From: Lama glama
Lineage: Eukaryota
Reading direction: 5' to 3'
Assembly: GCA_028534125.1 (NCBI GenBank)
Contig: CM052817.1
Coordinates: forward strand, 33,730,001 to 33,794,000
DNA length: 64,000 nt
Numbering within the stretch: position 1 is the first letter of the stretch; every line of letters starts with the position of its first letter. Shown one piece after another: positions 63,622 to 64,000 of the stretch. The position numbers and the translations under genes are program-made. Under the pieces are notes generated by a model. That model had not been told where the DNA came from, did not search any database, and saw only the letters and a program-made list of their open reading frames with translations.

Positions 63622-64000
63622 AAGAGGGTTAAACTCTATGGTGGTATTTTTTCTAGGAAGACTTCATAGGAAAGGAGGAATGTTAAGTTACACCCTGTTC
63701 AGCTTCATTACATTTCAAGTATTTCTATGTTCTTTTTATGAAGAAAATTCATGTCACCATCTAACCTTTATCTAAATAAATAAATAAAGCCAATAGATCC
63801 CAGTACAAAGTACTTAAAGCGTGTTGAGTGTGTCCTAATATGCATCCACGTGTACGTAATGATTGGAGGGACAGAAACTCTGGCCCCAAATAAGATTTGA
63901 GCCAAATTTTCTATCTGCTGAGACTGAAACTAACAGGGATTTTGCACTGCATTCTATGCTGAAGGGTTTTGGCACCCAGACTCCTCGGGGACTTCATTCT

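Overview
Mammalian non-coding genomic DNA, most likely camelid (alpaca/llama/camel). This is inferred from several copies of a tRNA-Ala-derived SINE with an (AAAT)n-CCTAATTACCTCC tail resembling camelid Vic-1, artiodactyl-type L1 3' UTRs, and no Alu, B1, BovB/Bov-tA or PRE-1 that I could recognise. I found no credible cellular protein-coding gene: the only ORFs with recognisable homology are decayed LINE-1 ORF2 pieces. Much of the window is interspersed repeat (L1, L2, MIR, MaLR/ERVL LTRs, one ERV1 MER41-like solo LTR, hAT and Tigger MITEs, SINEs). The most notable items are: (1) a MER41-like LTR with a tandem GAS/STAT pair and an IRF motif; (2) two TSD-bounded chimeric L1 retrocopies ending in an older L1 3' terminus, one nested MIR>SINE>L1; (3) a twin-primed inverted L1; (4) a perfect 16-bp RFX X-box palindrome beside a GC box; (5) a CpG-retaining NRF1-site region; (6) one well-formed small candidate exon. 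Repeat family names come from recalled consensus sequences, and boundaries are approximate unless TSDs are given. I did not find evidence of a wholly new biological system.
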